Notes: generated by a model not told the origin, from the letters alone. Positions 7,960 through 17,866 are shown, counted from the first letter of the stretch. The stretch: DNA of 56,309 nucleotides from an uncultured Gammaproteobacteria bacterium (GCA_964496095.1 CAZBWU010000006.1:1-56309), one strand, 5' to 3'. Made by a program: numbers and translations.

Positions 7960-9474
7960 ATGTTCCTCAAATTAAATTCCGCAGCTGCGGTGGGCCTTGA
8001 TTGCTTACCAGTAGATGTGGAGGTTGATATAAACAAAGGCCAAAGTGCTTTTAATATCGTAGGGCTTCCTGACACTTCTATCCACGAAGCCAAAGACCGT
8101 ATTCATTCCGCTCTCAAAAATTCCGGGTTTTCTTACCCCTTTAACTTTCGCATCCTGGTCAATCTAGCTCCGGCTGATCTGCATAAAGAAGGACCCTCTT
8201 ATGATCTGCCAATGGCGCTAGGCATTATTAGTATTAGCAATGATTTGGAAATAAATTTTACCGACTCGGTCTTTGTTGGCGAACTAGCACTTGATGGCGC
8301 CCTGCGACATACCAATGGTATTTTACCAATTACTATCTTTGCCAAAAAAAATGGCTACAAAAAAATATTCTTACCAGAAGTAAATGCGCCCGAAGCAGCC
8401 CTGGTAGATAACATAGAAATCTATCCAATAAAAAATCTAAAACAACTCGTAGATCACCTCACCGAGGTGGCGCCAATATCGCCATACATCAGACCCGACA
8501 AATGGAACGAGTTTGAAACACCACAATACGAACTAGATATGGCTTTTATCAAAGGCCAAGAGTTTGTGAAGCGCGCGCTTGAGATCGCAGCGAGCGGTTC
8601 ACACAATATATTGATGAGTGGCCCACCCGGATCTGGTAAAACTTTACTGGCTCGTAGTTTTCCATCTATCTTGCCAAAGCTCACACCCGAAGAAGCGCTA
8701 GAAGTTACCAAAATTTATTCTGTAGCTGGCCAATTGCAAAATGGATTCATCAAAGAACGACCATTTCGTTCTCCACATCATACAGCCTCAGGTGTATCAC
8801 TTGTTGGTGGCGGCAAATTCCCACGCCCCGGAGAAATATCTCTCGCTCATCGTGGCGTATTGTTCCTAGACGAATTCCCAGAGTTCCCTCGCACGGTTTT
8901 GGAAAATTTACGCCAACCACTAGAAGACGGCGTTATTACTATTTCGCGCGCGCAAAGTGTTCTCAAATTTCCCGCGAGATTTATTCTTGTCGCTAGTCAA
9001 AATCCTTGCCCCTGCGGATTTAGCACAGACCCAGACAGACAGTGCTCTTGTGGGCCAAGCCAAATCGCGCGCTACCAAAAAAGAATTAGCGGGCCACTTC
9101 TTGATCGTATAGATTTACACGTAGAAGTGCCAAGAGTAAAATTTGAAAAATTAGCATCAGAGATAAACGAAGAATCATCGGCCAAAATTCGTGAACGGGT
9201 GGAAGAGGCCAGACAAATCCAAACCAATCGTTTTAAAAATACAAATATTCACTGCAACAGCGAGATGCGCAACCCGGAAATAAAAGAATATTGCAAACTT
9301 GATAATCAATCTATAGATTTACTTCGCGCGGCCGTCACCCAAATGCACTTATCTGCCCGTGCTTATAATAGAATTCTTAAACTCGCCCGCACTATTGCCG
9401 ATTTGGGCAAGAGTGATAACATTGCATTAGAGCATGTCGCCGAAGCATTACAGTTCCGAGCTAAAATAGAATAA
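7960..9474 (+). CDS. comM: YifB/ComM Mg-chelatase-like AAA+ ATPase
   Basis: VGLPD, Walker A GPPGSGKT, RPFRSPHH, LFLDEFPEF, GPLLDRID, HVAEALQFR. Confidence 0.93.
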   Translation: MFLKLNSAAAVGLDCLPVDVEVDINKGQSAFNIVGLPDTSIHEAKDRIHSALKNSGFSYPFNFRILVNLAPADLHKEGPSYDLPMALGIISISNDLEINFTDSVFVGELALDGALRHTNGILPITIFAKKNGYKKIFLPEVNAPEAALVDNIEIYPIKNLKQLVDHLTEVAPISPYIRPDKWNEFETPQYELDMAFIKGQEFVKRALEIAASGSHNILMSGPPGSGKTLLARSFPSILPKLTPEEALEVTKIYSVAGQLQNGFIKERPFRSPHHTASGVSLVGGGKFPRPGEISLAHRGVLFLDEFPEFPRTVLENLRQPLEDGVITISRAQSVLKFPARFILVASQNPCPCGFSTDPDRQCSCGPSQIARYQKRISGPLLDRIDLHVEVPRVKFEKLASEINEESSAKIRERVEEARQIQTNRFKNTNIHCNSEMRNPEIKEYCKLDNQSIDLLRAAVTQMHLSARAYNRILKLARTIADLGKSDNIALEHVAEALQFRAKIE

Positions 9475-9558
9475 AGCATGCCTGCCCCGTAGCGGTCGCC
9501 TTTGCGACCTGCTACTGGGGTTGCGGAAGCACTGCAATTTAGAGCTAAAGTAGAATAA
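9475..9558 (+). pseudogene. Displaced duplicate of the comM 3' end, interrupted by a 40-bp hairpin element
   Basis: AGCATG|element|TTGCGGAAGCACTGCAATTTAGAGCTAAAGTAGAATAA reads HVAEALQFRAKVE* once the element is removed. Confidence 0.9.
9481..9520 (+). mobile_element. 40-bp bulged-hairpin element (CCCCG..CTGGGG family), copy 1
   Basis: CCTG CCCC GTAG C GGTCGC CTTT GCGACC T G CTAC T GGGG. Confidence 0.8.
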
Positions 9559-9622
9559 ATTTGCCCAAAACCAAAGTCTTTGCTACAATTCTAACCAATC
9601 AAAAAATAACTAACTACAACAT

Positions 9623-10339
9623 ATGATGAAAAAAATAATCATCGCCCTAGTCATAGTCACCGTAGCCATTGTCGCCTTTTTCTTCTTTAAGAAAACACCT
9701 GCCGTCCAAGCGCCAGTAGAAGAAAAGGTAAACCAAACACCTCCAATACAAACCGAAGTAAAAACCGAACCAACGTCCACCCCGCCAGCTAAAGAAGAAA
9801 CAAAAAAACCAGAGCCAATAGATTTAAGTCAATATAAAACACCAATTATGTTAATAGATCAAAAGAAAAGCTATACAGCTAAAATGAAAACAAGCGTTGG
9901 GGAAATAGATATAGAATTAAATGTAAAAGACACTCCAGTTACAGCCAATAATTTTGTTTTCCTCGCCAAGAAAAATTTCTATGACAATGTTATTTTCCAC
10001 CGTGTCATCAAAGGCTTTATGATTCAAGGTGGTGACCCAACCGGCACTGGCTCAGGCGGACCTGGCTACAAATTTAATGACGAACCATTTACAGGAGAAT
10101 ACACTCGTGGGACAGTGGCTATGGCCAACTCTGGTCCAAATACCAACGGCAGTCAGTTTTTCATTATGCATGCTGATGTCGGTTTACAAAAAGCTTATGT
10201 AATTTTTGGTAAGGTTGTAAAAGGTTTGGATGTGGTAGATAAGATTGCCGAAGCTGAAACTACCTGGGGTGGAGATGGTGCTATGTCAAAACCAGTTGAA
10301 CCAGTCAAGATTTTATCAGTTGAGATTGTTGAGAAATAA
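9623..10339 (+). CDS. Cyclophilin-type peptidyl-prolyl isomerase with N-terminal membrane anchor
   Basis: FHRVIKGFMIQGGDPTGTGSGGPGY, AMANSGPNTNGSQFFI. Confidence 0.93.
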   Translation: MMKKIIIALVIVTVAIVAFFFFKKTPAVQAPVEEKVNQTPPIQTEVKTEPTSTPPAKEETKKPEPIDLSQYKTPIMLIDQKKSYTAKMKTSVGEIDIELNVKDTPVTANNFVFLAKKNFYDNVIFHRVIKGFMIQGGDPTGTGSGGPGYKFNDEPFTGEYTRGTVAMANSGPNTNGSQFFIMHADVGLQKAYVIFGKVVKGLDVVDKIAEAETTWGGDGAMSKPVEPVKILSVEIVEK

Positions 10340-10348
10340 ACTCCTCAC

Positions 10349-10441
10349 TGTCATTCTGAGCGGAGCGAAGAATCTTTCCGTTAGCAAAACTTATTCTCGG
10401 AAAGATCTCTCGTCGCCCTTGGGGGCTCGCTCGGGATGACA
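10349..10441. repeat. TGTCAT...ATGACA palindromic element
   Basis: TGTCATTCTGAGCGGAGCGAAGAATCTTTCCG...CGGAAAGATCT...CTCGGGATGACA. Confidence 0.8.
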
Positions 10442-10443
10442 AC

Positions 10444-10476
10444 AAAAAAAGACTTACCAAGTGGTAAGTCTTTTTT
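10444..10476. terminator. Bidirectional intrinsic terminator
   Basis: A-run GACTTACC-AAGT-GGTAAGTC T-run between convergent genes. Confidence 0.85.
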
Positions 10477-10484
10477 ACTTTTAT

Positions 10485-11054
10485 TTATTTTCCACTTCTA
10501 TTAACCGCTACTTCTTTTGGTGCTTTTTTAACAAAAGTGATTTCTACTTTAACTCTCTTTACCCCAAATTTCATAGCTTCGGCTCTAGTAGTATCTAACC
10601 AGATATCCATACGTCCCAAACCATAACGCTTATTCATACGATCTTCCACTACAAAGATTTTATCTCCATATAAGGCTGGGATCTTGATCTGAGTACCAAA
10701 TGGCAAGCCGTTGGCAGCAATCATCCCATCGTGCACTCTTTTGCCGGTAGCAGCAATAAAAGGGCTGTCATCAGTTTGGCCAGGAGTGCTGGTATAGGCA
10801 GTAATAACTGCATCCATCACCTTGTCCGGCTTCTCCTCTTCGGCAAAGCCATCATCAAAGGCAAGCTTGGTGCTAGTCTCTGGCTTATCTTGGCTAACTG
10901 TATCTAAACCAAAGGTTTTTGGTGTAGAATTAGCCATTTCATGGCCTGCTTGGGCACTAGCTGTCATTGGCAAGATAATTTGGCTAACTACAGCCAAAAT
11001 TACTAGGACTTTAAGTACGGCTGGTGTGGTGTTTTTTGGCTCAACTAAGCGCAT
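10485..11054 (-). CDS. Secreted 3D-domain (MltA-like) protein
   Basis: TAYTS...TDDSPFIAATG, AAN.LPFGT, VEDRM, MDIW. Confidence 0.85.
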   Translation of the reverse strand: MRLVEPKNTTPAVLKVLVILAVVSQIILPMTASAQAGHEMANSTPKTFGLDTVSQDKPETSTKLAFDDGFAEEEKPDKVMDAVITAYTSTPGQTDDSPFIAATGKRVHDGMIAANGLPFGTQIKIPALYGDKIFVVEDRMNKRYGLGRMDIWLDTTRAEAMKFGVKRVKVEITFVKKAPKEVAVNRSGK

Positions 11055-11108
11055 ATTGTTCTAAATTAAAAAGTATCCATATCGGATACCTTGCTTAATT
11101 AACGAACC

Positions 11109-11137
11109 ACTATATCACAAATTGCCATTTTTGTCAA
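11109..11137 (-). promoter_or_regulatory. sigma70 promoter for the 3D-domain gene
   Basis: TTGACA-17nt-TATAGT on the minus strand. Confidence 0.7.
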
Positions 11138-11281
11138 CCTTGTTAAGTCCCGCCGTGGCGGGTCGGGCAATGCCCGACTTAACAGGGTCAACCCTGTTAA
11201 CCCCCTCTTCGGTATTGGCATATTATAAAAAAATGATATAGAATACCACCTAAGACTAGTAAATTTATCCCTGTTTTTTAT

Positions 11282-14116
11282 ATGCCAATCCCAAAAATGC
11301 AAAAAAGCCGACACTACGGACATATTCCCGAAGGAGAAAGGCTTTCTCCTAAGGAAAGAAAGAAAAAACTTATCAAAACTATAGCCACAGCGGCTGGAGT
11401 TGGGGCTGTGCTTCTTTTTATTGTCGGCACTATCACTGTGGCTTGGGTTAGTCGTGACCTACCAGACCCAAACAAGCTCAACGACCGTAAGATTTCTCAA
11501 AGCACCAAGATCTATGACCGTACAGGCGAACATATGCTGTTTGAGGTCTACCAAAATCAAAAAAGAACTCTGGTAGAAATGGACCAGATTGCTGACTACG
11601 CCAAAAAAGCTACAATCGCCGTGGAGGACAAAGATTTCTATACTCACAACGGCATCCGCATCCAAAGTATTCTTCGCGCCAGCTTTAATAATCTCATTGG
11701 CCGTAAATCAGGATCAGGTGGCGCCTCTACCCTTACCCAACAACTCATTAAAAATACACTTGGTAATGACGAACATTCTATTTTCAGAAAAGTTAGGGAG
11801 GCAATTCTGGCTCTGCGTCTTGAAAAAAAATATGACAAAGAACAGATTTTAAAAATTTATCTCAACGAGATTCCTTATGGCTCTACCAACTATGGCATCG
11901 AAGCCGCCAGCCAAGCTTATTTCCACAAAAACGCCAAAGACCTCACCTTGGCTGAATCTGCAACCTTGGCAGCCATTCCTAAAGCGCCGTCGAAATACCT
12001 CAGAGATTTAGACGCATTGCGCAACCGCCGTGATTTGGTTCTGGCTCTGATGTTTAATCAGGGATATATAAATGAAGAACAAAAAAATGAAGCCCAGGGT
12101 GTAGCGCTAAGAGTATTTAAAAACTCTGGGCCAATCGAAGCACCCCACTTTGTTTTTTATGTCCAAAAATTATTAGCCGACCAATTTGGTGAGCGCGCCA
12201 TTGATGAGGGCGGATTAAAAGTTATTACCACACTTGATTTTGATAAACAACAGATCGCCGAAAAGACAGTCAAAGAATTGGGCGACAAAAACGCCAAGGA
12301 TGCTAACGCCAATAACGCCGCTCTTGTAGCCATAGACCCAAAGACAAAACAAATACTAGCCTTGGTTGGTTCGCGTGATTATAACAACGATGAGATTGAT
12401 GGTAAATATGATGTGGCCACCCAGGGAAACCGTCAGCCTGGCTCATCTTTCAAACCATTTGTTTATACCTATGCTTTTGAAAAAGGATACACACCTGAAA
12501 CTGTTCTTTATGATGTATCCACCAATTTCGACTCACGCACAGGTCAAAAATATGCTCCAAAAAATTATGATGGCAAGGAGCGTGGACTGGTGACCGTGCG
12601 CAGGGCCTTACAGGGTTCGCTTAACATTCCGGCTGTAAAAACTTTATACTTAGTTGGAACAAAAAACACTATTGAGTTTGCAAAAAGATTTGGTTATTCA
12701 ACTTTTACCGGTGATCCGGGATTGAGTTTGGTGCTCGGTGGCGCAGAAGTAAACTTATTAGAGCACACCAACGCCTATGCCACTTTGGCTGACAAAGGAC
12801 AATACAACAAACCAGTAAGTATTCTCAAAGTCACCAACAGTAAAGGCGAAGAATTATATAAATGGGAACAATCACCTGACCAAGAAGCAATCAAGCCGGA
12901 AATCGCAGCCACTATTTCTAATGTTCTTTCAGATGATGAGGCCCGAGGTTATATATTTGGTCGCAACGGAAACCTTACCTTGCCTGGCCGACCAGCAGCA
13001 GCCAAGACTGGAACTACCAATGACAACAAAGACGCTTGGACAATGGGCTATGTACCACAACTCGCTACTGGTGTTTGGGTAGGCAATTCCCCTACTGCCA
13101 CACCGATGAAGGCTGGTGGTAATGCTTTGGCTGGTACTATCTGGAATAGATTTATGAAAGAAGCGCTCAAAGGCGAACCGGTAGAATATTTCCCAGCGCC
13201 ACCAGTTGAGGATATTGAAAAACCAGTCTTACGCGGAGGTAGCGGCGGTATTACTTTAGAAATAAACTCAGTCACAGGAAAAATCGCATCAGTCTTGACC
13301 CCGCCAAATTTAATTGTTACAAAAACATTTTTACCACCTCATGATATTTTGCATTATGTAAATAAAGATGATCCGCGTGGACCAGTCCCAACTTTTCCAG
13401 CCGATGATCCACAGTACACTGCTTGGGAAGACGCTTTGCAAAACTGGATTGTTCGCCAACAAAAAGCTGGTGTTAGTCTGACATTTGAAGAACCGCCAAC
13501 CGAAACTGATAACACTCAACCTTCAGAATTTTCTCCAACCATAGATTTTGTTTCTCCGCTGGAAGGAAATGTTTTGAATTCCAGAGATCTCGATATTCAG
13601 GTGCAGGCGTCTGCGCCAAGGGGTGTGGCCAAAGTAATTTATCAAATTGATGGTCAAATTATTGGCACCGCTACCCAAGCACCGTTTGACCTAAAGTATC
13701 ACACCCAAAAACTTGTAAAAGGTTCGCACACACTCACGGCCATAGCTGTAGATGATCAAAATAATGCAGGCGCAAAAACAATTCACTTTGACTTGCAAGC
13801 AGATTTTGATCCAGCTAGTTTTGATTGGTTTGATATAAGCCCAGTTACTATCCGAGCTGAAGATTTTCCAAGAGTAATAAACTTGATTCCGTTCCGTTGG
13901 GAAGTAATGAAGCAAATTAATATTTATTTAACATCCGGAAATACCGCGCCAAGACAAATTTATAACTTCAATCAAAAAGAAGATAAGCTTTTCAACAACA
14001 TGTTAACTTTCACTTGGAAGAAATCTCCGGGTGTTGGCGAACATTCTTTAAAAGCTGTTATGACGGATAACGACGGAAGAACTTCGGAGAAGGTTTTGAA
14101 GGTTTTAGTGGAGTAA
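11282..14116 (+). CDS. Class A penicillin-binding protein (PBP1A family) with C-terminal Ig-like domains
   Basis: EDKDFYTH, GASTLTQQLIKN, RKVRE, YLNEIPYG; transpeptidase SSFK, SLN, KTG. Confidence 0.93.
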   Translation: MPIPKMQKSRHYGHIPEGERLSPKERKKKLIKTIATAAGVGAVLLFIVGTITVAWVSRDLPDPNKLNDRKISQSTKIYDRTGEHMLFEVYQNQKRTLVEMDQIADYAKKATIAVEDKDFYTHNGIRIQSILRASFNNLIGRKSGSGGASTLTQQLIKNTLGNDEHSIFRKVREAILALRLEKKYDKEQILKIYLNEIPYGSTNYGIEAASQAYFHKNAKDLTLAESATLAAIPKAPSKYLRDLDALRNRRDLVLALMFNQGYINEEQKNEAQGVALRVFKNSGPIEAPHFVFYVQKLLADQFGERAIDEGGLKVITTLDFDKQQIAEKTVKELGDKNAKDANANNAALVAIDPKTKQILALVGSRDYNNDEIDGKYDVATQGNRQPGSSFKPFVYTYAFEKGYTPETVLYDVSTNFDSRTGQKYAPKNYDGKERGLVTVRRALQGSLNIPAVKTLYLVGTKNTIEFAKRFGYSTFTGDPGLSLVLGGAEVNLLEHTNAYATLADKGQYNKPVSILKVTNSKGEELYKWEQSPDQEAIKPEIAATISNVLSDDEARGYIFGRNGNLTLPGRPAAAKTGTTNDNKDAWTMGYVPQLATGVWVGNSPTATPMKAGGNALAGTIWNRFMKEALKGEPVEYFPAPPVEDIEKPVLRGGSGGITLEINSVTGKIASVLTPPNLIVTKTFLPPHDILHYVNKDDPRGPVPTFPADDPQYTAWEDALQNWIVRQQKAGVSLTFEEPPTETDNTQPSEFSPTIDFVSPLEGNVLNSRDLDIQVQASAPRGVAKVIYQIDGQIIGTATQAPFDLKYHTQKLVKGSHTLTAIAVDDQNNAGAKTIHFDLQADFDPASFDWFDISPVTIRAEDFPRVINLIPFRWEVMKQINIYLTSGNTAPRQIYNFNQKEDKLFNNMLTFTWKKSPGVGEHSLKAVMTDNDGRTSEKVLKVLVE

Positions 14117-14136
14117 TTTTTTCCAACAACATGCTC

Positions 14137-14946
14137 TTATTTCTGAACACCGCTTTGCACTTTCTGAACAAAATCTTGGCGGTCCTTTAAATTTGGATAA
14201 AGAATCGTCGCAATCTCATTTATAATTTTTAGTTCTTTATCTGCAAACGGGTCTGGGAATTTATTTCGTCCGTTTGCAACATAAAACAAATATTCTACAA
14301 ATAAAGAATTTACCTTTTTGATTTTTTCTAACTCTTCTTCTCTCTGCTTTTTTAAATCTTCAAGAAGCGCTTCTTTTTGATTGATTCCTTTAAGGGCTAG
14401 TTCTATTTTATTTTTATTAATCTCTAAATATGTATTCTGCTCTTTCAACCTATTTTCGGTTTTATCAAGCATGTTTTGAGCCTGCATACGAACCTTGTCG
14501 GCACTTGTTAAAAGACTGTCTCCTTGTGCTGTAACGCTTAGGGTGCGCTTAGACAATTTTGATATTTCTTTTGTTTGAACATCGATTTCATTTTCCAAAA
14601 GCCCTTGTTTTTTCTTTAAACTTTCCTGCTTTTCATCTATTTCTATTCTTTTATCTTCTATTTTATAAACTAAATCATTTACTTCGTCTCTTTTATTATA
14701 AATCCCTTCTCTTAAATTTTCTAGCTTAAAACCAAAGTACGTAACCAAAACTATTATCGCTATCGCTATTGGCCAAACTACCCAACGAATAATAGTTAGT
14801 ACGCTCTGTATTGTTTTGTTTAGGTTTTTAAATATTTCTTCCTGTGACAAGCTTTTTACAGTTTCTGGTGTAGTACCAGAAACTTTCCCCGACTGTACGG
14901 GTTGTTGCATAAATTCTGAGGTTTGTTCGTTGATTGGTTCGGACAT
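14137..14946 (-). CDS. Single-TM long coiled-coil hypothetical protein
   Basis: One hydrophobic segment then a heptad-rich K/E/Q region; starts 6 nt after the dnaN stop. Confidence 0.65.
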   Translation of the reverse strand: MSEPINEQTSEFMQQPVQSGKVSGTTPETVKSLSQEEIFKNLNKTIQSVLTIIRWVVWPIAIAIIVLVTYFGFKLENLREGIYNKRDEVNDLVYKIEDKRIEIDEKQESLKKKQGLLENEIDVQTKEISKLSKRTLSVTAQGDSLLTSADKVRMQAQNMLDKTENRLKEQNTYLEINKNKIELALKGINQKEALLEDLKKQREEELEKIKKVNSLFVEYLFYVANGRNKFPDPFADKELKIINEIATILYPNLKDRQDFVQKVQSGVQK

Positions 14947-14952
14947 ATGCTT

Positions 14953-16074
14953 TTACTGCCTAATAGGCATCACAATATACACGAAGTTTTTATCTTCTTT
15001 TGGCGCAAGAATACATGGACTCTCGGCGTTTACTACTCTCAGGACCGAAGTTTCTTCATCAATATTTGCCAACCCATCCAAAACATAGCGGTGGTTGAGT
15101 AAGATATTATTTTTTTCTCCTTTTATCTCGGCGCTAGCTTCGGATTTATGTTCACCGGTTTGAGTGGACACAGAAGATATCATCACTGCACCAGCAGTTG
15201 GATCAAACTCAAAGTTAACCGCATTTACACCCACAGTTGTAAACAAGCTAGCAGCTTTGATTTCTTTAGTTATTTGGTTGGTAGAAAACTCAGCTGTGGT
15301 TCTAAATTCTTTGGGGATAATCTGGGTATAATCAGGATATTGACCATCAACCAGTCGTGAAACCAACTCTACTTCATTACACCTCAACACTATTTGGTTT
15401 TCTGTCACTAACAATCTTACATTCTTTTCGTTATCTAACCCTTTGGATAAAGACAAAATATGACTAATCTCTGAAGCAGTACGGGCAGGGATTATAATTC
15501 TTGTTTTTTCATCACCTTGGATTAACTTTACTTTTTTTTCTGCTAATCTATAACTATCCGTAGCAGCCATAGTGATCATATTTGGTTCGTCGTTAAAATT
15601 AAACAACACACCAGCCAACTCTGCTCGGATTTCATTCTTTGAAGCTGCTTGAAAAACCTGCCCCAGACCCTTTTTAAAGAGTTCTAGATCAATAAGGTAT
15701 CCTTTACCCTCTCCGACCACTGGAACGACTGGAAACTCCTCTGCAGAGGTTCCTTTTATCTTTGTAGATGATTTGCCGGACACTACTTCTACTTCGTTGT
15801 CCTTAAGAATCAACTCAACTTTTTCATCTGACAGCAAATTCACAAAATCAGTCAGGGTTCTAGCTGGAACAGTAAAGTTTCCTGGAGTTTCAACTTTGGC
15901 TCGTAGAGTAGCGACCGTTGCCAACTCTAGATTGGTGGCGACTAGTTCTACTTTTTGTTCACTCGCTCTTATTAGAACATTACCCAAGATTGGTAGGTTG
16001 GTGTTTTTGCCGGCCACGCCAATCACAAGCGCTAAGGCTTTGGAAAGGTTTTCTTTTGTGCAGAGAAACTTCAT
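14953..16074 (-). CDS. dnaN: DNA polymerase III beta clamp
   Basis: LPILGNVLI, ATNLE, ATDSYRL, LVDGQYPDY, VMPIR. Confidence 0.97.
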   Translation of the reverse strand: MKFLCTKENLSKALALVIGVAGKNTNLPILGNVLIRASEQKVELVATNLELATVATLRAKVETPGNFTVPARTLTDFVNLLSDEKVELILKDNEVEVVSGKSSTKIKGTSAEEFPVVPVVGEGKGYLIDLELFKKGLGQVFQAASKNEIRAELAGVLFNFNDEPNMITMAATDSYRLAEKKVKLIQGDEKTRIIIPARTASEISHILSLSKGLDNEKNVRLLVTENQIVLRCNEVELVSRLVDGQYPDYTQIIPKEFRTTAEFSTNQITKEIKAASLFTTVGVNAVNFEFDPTAGAVMISSVSTQTGEHKSEASAEIKGEKNNILLNHRYVLDGLANIDEETSVLRVVNAESPCILAPKEDKNFVYIVMPIRQ

Positions 16075-16462
16075 AGTAGATTTAGGTGAATTATGTTTTA
16101 GTTTTTCTTATCTCTTAAAGTTGTACACATCGTCGGCCTATTACTGTTTGTTTAAATATTTATATATAAATACCAATCGTTACTATAAGGCAGTGGATAA
16201 GGTGTATAACTTGTTCGGGGGTCTGATTTTATTATGCGTTTGTGTTTTTGGGTTGTGTATAAGGTGTGGTGATAAAAGTGTGAACAAGTGCAAGAAATAT
16301 TTTTTAGTTTTTTTATCTGTTAATAACGGTCTGTGCTAGGTGGGTAAAAGTGGATAAAGTTTTGGGTTTATACAATTTTTTACAACCCTTATACACAGGG
16401 AAGTAGAATAAAAAGTGTATAAGTCGGAATATTCACTTCCCTGCAGGCGGGTTATTAACTTT
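16075..16462. other. Replication origin (oriC) region between dnaA and dnaN
   Basis: DnaA boxes at 16192, 16254, 16279, 16349, 16389, 16414; AT-rich tract near 16150-16171; the plus strand appears to switch from C-rich to G-rich here. Confidence 0.8.
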
Positions 16463-17866
16463 TTAGGTGACAGTGTTATAGATTTTTTGTTTTATCAATT
16501 CTATTTCTTGTTTTAGTTTAGCGTCCTTTTCTATATCATTGATAATCTTGTTGTCAGCGTGCATAGCCGTAGTATGATCGCGCCCGCCAAGCTCGTGACC
16601 AATGGCCGGATAGGACATGTTTAGTTCTTTGCGCATCAAGTGCATAATGATTTGGCGAGGGTAAGAAAACTTTTTCTCACGACTTTGTCCGAGCAGATCG
16701 GCCACACTAACTGTGAAAAACTCGCTGGCGGCATCAATTATCTGTTGAGGGGTGATGGATTTGTAGGTAGAACGAACTTCGGTATTGGCTAGAAGAGATT
16801 TTACAGACTCAAGCGTTGGTTCCATGTTCTTGAGCTGATGAAGAGCAATTATTTTGTTTAGCGCCCCCTCTAGTTCACGGATATTTCTGTGGATAGTGGC
16901 GGCCACTGTCTGTAATATTTCTTGAGATAGTGGAAAATTCTTTTCTATACATTTCTTTTGTAGGATTGCGATTCTAGTTTCTAAGTCTGGTGGAGCCACA
17001 TCAACAATCATCCCCCACTCAAATCGTGATTTTAGACGGTCTTCAAGGGCTGGTATAGCTTTTGGTGGTCTATCAGAAGTCATGACTACCTGTTTGTTTT
17101 GTTGGTGGAGTTCGTTGAAAGTATGGAAGAAAGATTCTTGAGTTTTGTCTTTGCCAGAGATGAACTGGATATCATCAATAAGTAGTAAGTCTATGTTGCG
17201 GTATCTGTTTTGGAAGTTTTTGGCATTACCGTCGCGGACAGATGAGATATAGTCGTTGGAAAACTTCTCAGCACTGGCATACATGATGTTTATATTTGGT
17301 CGAGCCTTGAGGAGATGGTTGCCGATAGCTTGTAAAAGATGGGTCTTGCCTAACCCTACACCGCCATATATAAATAGTGGGTTATAAGCTTCACCAGGCC
17401 TGTTAACTACAGCTTGAGCCGCTGCATAAGCTAGTTCTGATCCGCCACCAACCACAAAAGTCTCAAAAACATATTTTGAGTTTAAGCCAAACTCGCCTAC
17501 GCGAGCCGGAGCCTTGATTTCGCTAGCTGGAGGGAAATTAGACTGTGGAAAAGTATCTGGAAGAACCGGGGTTTCTGTTTTTTCTTCTATGGCTACAGCT
17601 GGAGTGGTAATGTTTTTTATATTAAAGACCTTGTATTCAAGCTTTTTGATTGGCTTGCCAGTCACTCTTTCTAGGGACTTTACAATCATTTGGTGGTAGT
17701 TTTTTTCTAGCCAGCTTCGATAAAAGTCGTTTGGTACGCATAGTACAGCGCAACTGTCTTGGTAAGACATGATGTCAGTACCGCGAAACCAGGTGACAAA
17801 ATTTGGTTTGGAAATTGTTAATTCCAACTCTCCTAAGACAGCCTGCCAGATTTCGTGGTTGGACAT
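16463..17866 (-). CDS. dnaA: Chromosomal replication initiator DnaA
   Basis: YNPLFIYGGVGLGKTHL, LLIDDIQF, RLKSRF, GRDHTTAMHA. Confidence 0.98.
   Translation of the reverse strand: MSNHEIWQAVLGELELTISKPNFVTWFRGTDIMSYQDSCAVLCVPNDFYRSWLEKNYHQMIVKSLERVTGKPIKKLEYKVFNIKNITTPAVAIEEKTETPVLPDTFPQSNFPPASEIKAPARVGEFGLNSKYVFETFVVGGGSELAYAAAQAVVNRPGEAYNPLFIYGGVGLGKTHLLQAIGNHLLKARPNINIMYASAEKFSNDYISSVRDGNAKNFQNRYRNIDLLLIDDIQFISGKDKTQESFFHTFNELHQQNKQVVMTSDRPPKAIPALEDRLKSRFEWGMIVDVAPPDLETRIAILQKKCIEKNFPLSQEILQTVAATIHRNIRELEGALNKIIALHQLKNMEPTLESVKSLLANTEVRSTYKSITPQQIIDAASEFFTVSVADLLGQSREKKFSYPRQIIMHLMRKELNMSYPAIGHELGGRDHTTAMHADNKIINDIEKDAKLKQEIELIKQKIYNTVT

Noticed and set aside
10245-10439. 64-aa ORF containing VILSGAKNL
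   Set aside because: Translation of the TGTCAT repeat element overlapping the cyclophilin gene end
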